DNA of 64,000 nt from Eledone cirrhosa. Taxonomy: Eukaryota. Every line of letters begins with the position of its first letter. Positions within the stretch are counted from its first letter, which is position 1. The notes beneath the pieces are model-generated. The model searched no databases and was not told where the DNA came from. It was given only the letters and a program-made list of their open reading frames with translations. Made by a program: the position numbers and the translations under genes. Below, piece after piece: positions 56,248-64,000 of this stretch. The stretch covers positions 50,964,001-51,028,000 of the forward strand of contig OZ024751.1 of assembly GCA_964016885.1 (NCBI GenBank), in the 5' to 3' direction.

Positions 56248-56780
56248 TGTATATAACTATAGATTGCTGAAGTTCACGGTGGAGATGACGAAGGACCGTG
56301 ACAAGTGGAGAGATGCTGTGCTGAATAAGACCCGTCCCACCCTTGCAAGCAGGGAAAAGCGGACGTAAATGATGATGATGATTTATTTTGTTTGACCCGT
56401 TTAGCTTGTTCGCTTTTTGGGCTTAGGTGGTTAATGGCTTCTTAACCATCGTCTCAGTTTTGTATGACCTTTTTAACTTATGTTTATAGCTCTGGTACCT
56501 TTATATCCATTGAGCGCTTGTCAACACAATTCGGAAGTTGTGTTTCGGTAATTCCTAACTGCCGAAATGCGATTCTCGCTAAATTCATATTTGTGTATAT
56601 ATATATATATATATATATATTATAAAGAGTCGAGATCCAACGACCAGTCTGGAACTAGCTGTTGAAATGGCAAGAGCTCAGCCGTTGGTCCCGACTCTTT
56701 TTAATATAGTCACACTCTACTATCCGAAGTATCAAGTACTCTGTTGAATAATGGTCTAACTAGTTTAAAACTGGTTTTAT

Positions 56781-56867
<87 letters not shown>

Positions 56868-57114
56868 TTTTTATACACCCACGCTCACATAAAAATATTC
56901 ATATTGCTGTTTTCTTCACTATACATTGATTTTTATTTTATACATGCACAAATATTAGAACATAAGTGCATATTTTCATGTATATATATATGCATATGCA
57001 TGCATATATATATATATATGCATGGTCCCATAACTTCTGAAAAGATCCCATTAAAAGCAATGATTCTTTGCTTAAACTTTAATCTGTTCTTATAATAAAT
57101 ATTTGCTCTACGGG

Positions 57115-57177
<63 letters not shown>

Positions 57178-57215
57178 GAAGAATGAAGAGTAACATGGTT
57201 GGCTGTACAACAGAA

Positions 57216-57324
57216 TATTCTGAGGATTTGATCAGAGGTAAATAATGTAATGGAGATCGAGTGACACAACTTCGAGCGATTAGCGACCTCTAGACTCACC
57301 TGATCAATGAAACAATTGTTAATA
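57216..57324 (+). ncRNA. Type I hammerhead with 82-nt expanded stem II, enclosed by 39-bp inverted repeats (57174-57212 / 57342-57380)
   Basis: TATT-CTGAGGA(57220-57226)-T-TTGATCAG...CTGATCAA-T-GAA-ACAATTGT-T-AATA. Stem II base is 8 bp, stem III is palindromic, triplet GUU. Confidence 0.7.
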
Positions 57325-57558
57325 CCTGAAATAAAGCCCCTTGTTGTACAGCCAACCATGTTATTCTTCATTCTTTCACTATTATTACTCCAAGTATAAC
57401 CTACATAGGAATTACCACAAACTCGCTGCCTAACTATGGAAGCATCTTGTTGAGTTAAACAAAGCCGTACGTTAAAACTATCCACGACGCAGAGTACTCA
57501 CAACCTCTAACTAGATTACTTATAACGATAACTTGTTATATATACATATATATATATG

Positions 57559-57626
<68 letters not shown>

Positions 57627-58238
57627 TATATGAGATTATTGAAGTTTGCTTGAAGTGTTGTGGAATAATAATAAAATTGGTCGTTTTGGAGGCCTCAACA
57701 ATGCAGATGGGTAAATCTCCGGGTAACAGAATCTGGTGGTGAAGAGAGAGATGTAAGAGGAAATCTAGAATGAGACGTATAGTAGTGTGTAGAGCAACAT
57801 AGGAAAGAACGTAAAAATAATAACACGAGATAGAGTTACCTTGGAAAAGATTTAATTATCCCTATATTTCGGATTTCCCATCTATCAACTGGGGGTTTTT
57901 CCGAGGAGGAAAGTTTTTAGTCGGAGAGGAATGGTACGTGGCCTCTGTTGTCTGCCGTTTGTATGTATGCCCACACACATATATATGTCACCAATATATT
58001 ATATATATATATATCATCATCATCATCATCATCATCATCGTTTAACGTCCCTGTTCCACGCTTGCATGGGTTTGGACGGAGGTTTTCCCACTTGAGGCAA
58101 GAGTGGTTGTCTTGCTCGCATAGGACTGTCTGGCGGGTTTTCTACAGCTGGATGCCCTTCCTAACACCAACCACATTTACAGTGTGGGAGTGGGAGGTTT
58201 TTACCGTGTTGCCTACACGGTCACATTACAGCGTGGAC

Positions 58239-58284
<46 letters not shown>

Positions 58285-58479
58285 TGGCGACAGATATATG
58301 TGTGTGTATATATGCATACATACACACATACATGCATACATACATATATACTTGTATATGAATGTGGGCATTACTATAAATCTATTTTCAATCAGATTTG
58401 CTCTAATGCATATAACCATATAACTTACTTTTACCATATCTCTATTGAAATTGTGATGGTATTGATGGTTGTGGTTGTG

Positions 58480-59900
58480 GTGATGCAGCAGTGTGAGTAG
58501 TTATATTGGTGTTAGCATTAGTGTTTATTGATGTTGAAGTTGTTGTTGTTGTGATGATTGTGGTTGTGGTTGTGGTCATGGTTGTGGTTGTGCTTTTGTC
58601 CATGGTGATATTGTTGGTGTTATTAGTGGCAGTGAAAATAGTTAATTTGATGGAAATATATGTGAATGGTGTTGTTGTTGCTGTTGTTGTGGGTGGTGGT
58701 GATGTTGTTGCTGGTGTTGTTATGGATGATGGTGGTGTTGTTGTTGATGATGGTGTTGTTGGTAGTGTTGGTGGTGTTGTTGTTGTGGATGGGGGTGTTG
58801 TTTTGAATGGAGGTGTTGGTGTTGGTGGTGTTGACGGTGGTGTTGGTGGTGGTGTTGGTGGTGGTGTTGGTGGTGGTAGTGAGGTTGTAATTGGTGGTGT
58901 TGGTGTTGGTATTGTTGTTGTTGTGGATGGAGGTGTTGGTGTTGGTGATGTTGGTGTTGGTGTTGTTGTTGTTGTGGATGGAGGTGTTGGTGTTGGTGGT
59001 GTTGTGGATGGAGGTGTTGGTGTTGGTGGTGTTGGTGTTGGTGGTGTTGGTGTTGGTGGTGTTGTTGTTGTTGTGGATGGAGGTGTTGGTGTTGGTGGTG
59101 TTGTGGATGGAGGTGTTGGTGTTGGTGGTGTTGGTGTTGGTGGTGTTGGTGTTGGTGGTGTTGGTGTTGGTGTTGTTGTTGTTGTTGTGGATGGAGGTGT
59201 TGGTGTTGGTGGTGTTGATGGTGGTGTTGGTGGTGGTGTTGGTGGTGGTGTTGGTGGTGGTAGTGAGGTTGTAGTTGGTGGTGTTGGTGTTGGTATTGTT
59301 GTTGTTGTGGATGGAGGTGTTGGTGTTGGTGGTGTTGGTGTTGGTGGTGGTGGTGTTGGTGTTGGTGGTGTTGGTGTTGGTGTTGTTGTTGTGGATGGAA
59401 GTGTTGGTGTTGGTGGTGTTGGTGTTGGTGGTGTTGTTGTTGTTGTGGATGGAGGTGTTGGTGTTGGTGGTGTTAGTGTTGGTGGTGTTGGTGTTGGTGG
59501 TGTTGGTGTTGGTGGTGTTGGTGTTGGTGTTGTTGTTGTGGATGGAGGTGTTGGTGTTGGTGGTGTTGGTGTTGGTGGTGTTGGTGTTGGTGGTGTTGGT
59601 GTTGGTGGTGTTGGTGTTGGTGTTGTTGTTGTGGATGGAGGTGTTGGTGTTGGTGGTGTTGGTGTTGTTGTGGATGGAGGTGTTGGTGGTGTTGGTGTTG
59701 GTGTTGGTGGTGTTGGTGTGGATGGAGGTGTTGGTGTTGGGGGTGTTGGTGGTAGTGTTGTTGATGATGGTGTTGTTGTTGATGTTGGTGGTGGTGTTGT
59801 GGATGATGTTGTTGTGGGTGGTGGTGTTGTGGATGGGGGTGTTGTGGGTGTTGTTGTTGGTGGTGGTGGTGTTGTTGTTGTGGATGGTGTTGTTGTGGTA
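58480..59900. repeat. 1.4-kb cryptic (GGT/GTT)n triplet repeat with internal block duplications
   Basis: Recurrent GTGGATGGAGGTGTTGGTGTTGGT blocks; open in several frames because of composition. Confidence 0.9.
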
Positions 59901-59922
59901 TTTTGCATCACCACAACAGCAA

Positions 59923-60055
59923 ACCACCACTACTCCTCTAGAACAATGTTATTTTGCATCACCACAACAGCAAAAACATCATCATCACAATGATGATGTT
60001 GTTTTTGCTGTTGTGGTGATGCAAAATGACATTGTTCTAGAGGAGTAGTGGTGGT
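59923..60055. repeat. 65-bp-arm hairpin with 3-nt loop
   Basis: 59923-59987 versus 59991-60055, 2 mismatches; partial direct copy at 59899-59923. Confidence 0.9.
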
Positions 60056-60460
<405 letters not shown>

Positions 60461-60780
60461 ATTATATGCTGCTAGATGCACACAATCCTGGTTCACAACA
60501 TATCTAAATACTAAAAATCAATAAACACAAATATCAAGACGTATTGCTTTCTGAATATCTTTTTTTTGTGACTGCCATAGTATAGTGGTACAGTTCTATT
60601 AGTATGTAGTATAGTGGTACTCTTCTATTAGTATGCAGCAGTTATATACACTAAAATACACTAAAATACACTAAAATACACTAAAATACACTAAAATACA
60701 CTAAAATTAGTATGTAGTAGGTAAATACATTTCTAATAGTATGTTTTATAGTGGTATACGTCTATTAGTATGTTGTATAA

Positions 60781-60821
<41 letters not shown>

Positions 60822-61119
60822 TCTACATATGTAGTATTACTATGTAGGTATGTGGTATTGCCATGTAGGGGAGGATTTTTTAGTTGTTTCAAAGAAATAA
60901 CAAAAAGCACCCATCCTCTCTGTAAGGTAGTTGACATTAGAAAGGATATCAAACCTTAGAAAAAAAAAGCCCCAAACAGAGCATATAAAAAAGGGCATCT
61001 ACAGTACTTTTGAAACCAAACTGTATCTCATAACACAGCTGAACACTGAAATAATCACACAAGCAACATACCCTAGTCACAAACAAATATAAACACTTGA
61101 TTTATGAAGTGTATAACTA

Positions 61120-61310
61120 ACCGGAAGGAGATCTGGGAGCAGAACCCGAGAAAGATGGTTGGACAACATCCATGAGCTTGGCTGGTCTTGCGTAGGGATC
61201 CAGCCAGATCAATTGGAGACGGTTGCTTCTGACAGGACCCGCTGGAAGGAGTGTTTGAGGACTCTGCCCCCATGACATTCTCAGGAATAAGTGGGCGAAG
61301 AAGAAGAGAA
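61120..61310 (+). mobile_element. RTE-like LINE C-terminal scrap
   Basis: GRRSGSRTRERWLDNI...ASDRTRWKECL. Confidence 0.55.
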
Positions 61311-61376
61311 GTCGAAATCTAATGGTCAAAATATATATTCTAATAGTAATGCCAACACTATATTAGCTCTGCTTAC

Positions 61377-61481
61377 TAAAGAAGCATTAACATATGACAA
61401 CACCCTTTCAACGTGAAGATGAGACAGTGAATATGTAAAAACATTGAGGAAGGGTCTATAAATTTGACTGTTCCAAACAAA
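61377..61481 (-). CDS. Candidate upstream exon of the membrane protein
   Basis: Acceptor gagccctttgtag|, donor TTA|gtaagc; 105 nt open FVWNSQIYRPFLNVFTYSLSHLHVERVLSYVNASL, phase 0-0, compatible with 54131. Confidence 0.55.
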
Positions 61482-61910
61482 CTACAAAGGGCTCATATGA
61501 AAATATAATAAAAACTTCATAAAAGAGATGAAACTAGATACTAATGATAAAATGTGTATTTAATTAAATAAATCTGAAAGAAAAGCGGTCCCACATGTAT
61601 ACAAATATATTCATATAAGCATATACATATATACATATGCACACACACACACATATATATATCTATATATATGTATATTTATATACATATGTGTTTATAT
61701 ATATATGTATATTTATATACATATGTGTTTATATATATATATATAAACACATATGTATATATATAAATATATGAATATATATATATATAAGTATATGAAT
61801 ATATATATATGTATATGTATGCATGTATATATATATAAATGCATATGTATACATGTATGTATGTGTATATATATATATATATATTTTATATATATATATA
61901 TATGCATATG

Positions 61911-61991
<81 letters not shown>

Positions 61992-62528
61992 TGAGAAATC
62001 AATAATTGATTTAACTAACATGATTCAGCTTCATCTCTACAAATTCACATAACATCCACCCACACAAAAACTACCCTCCCACCAACCACTAAACTGATCT
62101 CCATGCTTTCAATGCATGTTATAAATGATATCTGATGTTTCATAATAAATATTTCAATAAATATACTGTACTATTCAATATCTCGATATCTCTATATCTC
62201 TATATCACAATATATCTCCATCTATTCATTGAAATGTTTTTTTTTTACTCTTCTCTCTCACTCTCTCTCTCTCCCTCTCTGTCTCCCTCCCTCCCTCTCC
62301 CCCTCTCGTTTTAAGTTAGCTATTGTTTCAATTAAACATCCAGACAAACCCCACACATATATATAATACATATGTATGTAAATATACATGTATGCATATG
62401 ATGTATATGTATGTACATATGTGTATATACAAGCATCGAAAACAGACATAAAACAATAATAATGATGATGATATATATACCAATATAAACACACTCCCTA
62501 TAATATATACACACACACACATATATAT

Positions 62529-62529
<1 letters not shown>

Positions 62530-62560
<31 letters not shown>

Positions 62561-62900
62561 TTTATGTCCGCTTTTCCCTGCTTGCAAGGGTGGGACGGGT
62601 CTTATTCAGCACAGCATCTCTCCACTTGTCATGGTCCTTCGTCATCTCCACCGTGAGCTTCAATGATCTGAGGTCTGTTCTCACCACCTCCACCCATGTT
62701 TTTGTGGTCTACCTCTACCAGGACTTCCTTCCTGGCACTTCTTCACCCATTGGTCATCCTCCATGCGCATCACATGTCCATACCACCGCAGTCTCCTCTC
62801 TCGCACACTACATTCTATCCCTCTCAGACATAGTTTCTCTCTCAACACATCCATGTTGGGCCGTTCAGGCACATTGACATTGCACATCCAATGGAGCATA
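62530..62900 (-). mobile_element. RTE-clade LINE 3' end (sister subfamily); tails also at ~22495-22590 and 56270-56382
   Basis: LHWMCNV...LREKL...[23 protein letters not shown]...GRGRP, then (GAT)n. Confidence 0.85.
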
Positions 62901-63331
62901 TATATATATATATATATATACATACATATACATATACATGTAAAACTAATAATATACTTCTTCATTGTACTGTGTCCTTTGCTTTGTTATTTCTGTTTGC
63001 CTTTTGCATACACACACATACACACATATATATATACGTGTGTGCTTATATATATATGTGTGTGTACTTATATATATATGTGTGTGTATATATACTTTGT
63101 TTTATTTTGTTTGTTCTGTTACGAATTTTTTTGTTTTTCTTTGTTTATATTTATGTTTCCAAAAAATTCTTCATTTGGTTTTGTTATTTGAAGGAAGTAT
63201 ATAGTAAAGCAAATAAGATAAATAGTGAAAAAAAAAAACTATATTGATTGTCTCCCTTTATGTGCATATTGTTCTTTTTTTGATCAGTGAAACGAGGTGG
63301 TTGTAGAGGAGCTGGGTGTGATGGTTGTGAT

Positions 63332-63372
<41 letters not shown>

Positions 63373-64000
63373 AAGTGGGAGAAAGGAAGAGGTGATACTA
63401 TTTTTTTCTCCTATTCTGACTTCATTAGATGGTAAGTCTTTCTAAGTTATGATTCAGTAAACTAAACTCCTGATTTGAATCTAAGCATGACGAGAAACAA
63501 AAGAACAACGAAAAAAAAAGACAAAAAGAAAACATTTGAAGATTTTATTCATCATTATTATTGTTATTTTTATTATCATTGTGATGGCATGTTCTGAGTT
63601 CAAATCTTGCTGAGGTTAGCTTTGCCTTTCATCCTTACCGGGTTATTAAAATAAAGTACCAGTAACACACTGGGGTTGATTCAATCAACTTACCCCTCTC
63701 CCAAAATTTTTGGCCTTGTACCTAAATCAAAAACCATAATCGTTATATGGGGTGGGGTGTGGGGTGTGTGTGTGTGTGTGTGTGTGTGGGGGGGGGGGGG
63801 CTATTGTCAGTGAATTTATGTCAAACTTTTGTTTTATTTTGGTGACTTTGGTCACATATGGATTACCTGGCAGTATCAGTAGAGGGTTGGACTCCATGCT
63901 TTCCAGCATAGTTAAGTCCCATTACGGTCTGAGTTCAAATCCCATCGAGGTTAACTTTGCCTTTCATCCTTACGGGGTCAATAAAATAAAGTACCAGTAA

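Overview
Eukaryotic, very AT-rich DNA packed with microsatellites and transposon debris. The SINE, RTE-LINE, Penelope and (TA)n/(GAT)n repertoire resembles an octopus-type cephalopod genome; this is an inference and was not verified. Almost all long ORFs in the supplied track are simple-repeat artefacts. Supportable content: (1) phase-compatible minus-strand exons (61377-61481, 53971-54131, 52021-52350, 34685-34868) encoding the C-terminal part of an unrecognised single-pass membrane glycoprotein; (2) decayed retroelements (a near full-length RTE-clade LINE at 24.6-27.8 kb plus many fragments, R4/Dong-type RLE fragments, a Penelope GIY-YIG end, a CR1-like end, two tRNA-derived SINE families); (3) DNA-transposon relics (Chapaev3-like transposase, Tc1/mariner MITE, TTAA-type MITEs, a MITE carrying a 41-bp minisatellite). 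The most interesting signal is a dispersed set of short foldback (inverted-repeat) elements, many carrying type I hammerhead ribozyme cores with tiny, usually palindromic stem III. They include a 421-bp tandem-plus-inverted retrozyme-like locus at about 4.0-5.1 kb and two hammerheads whose stem II is expanded to the same 82-nt length.
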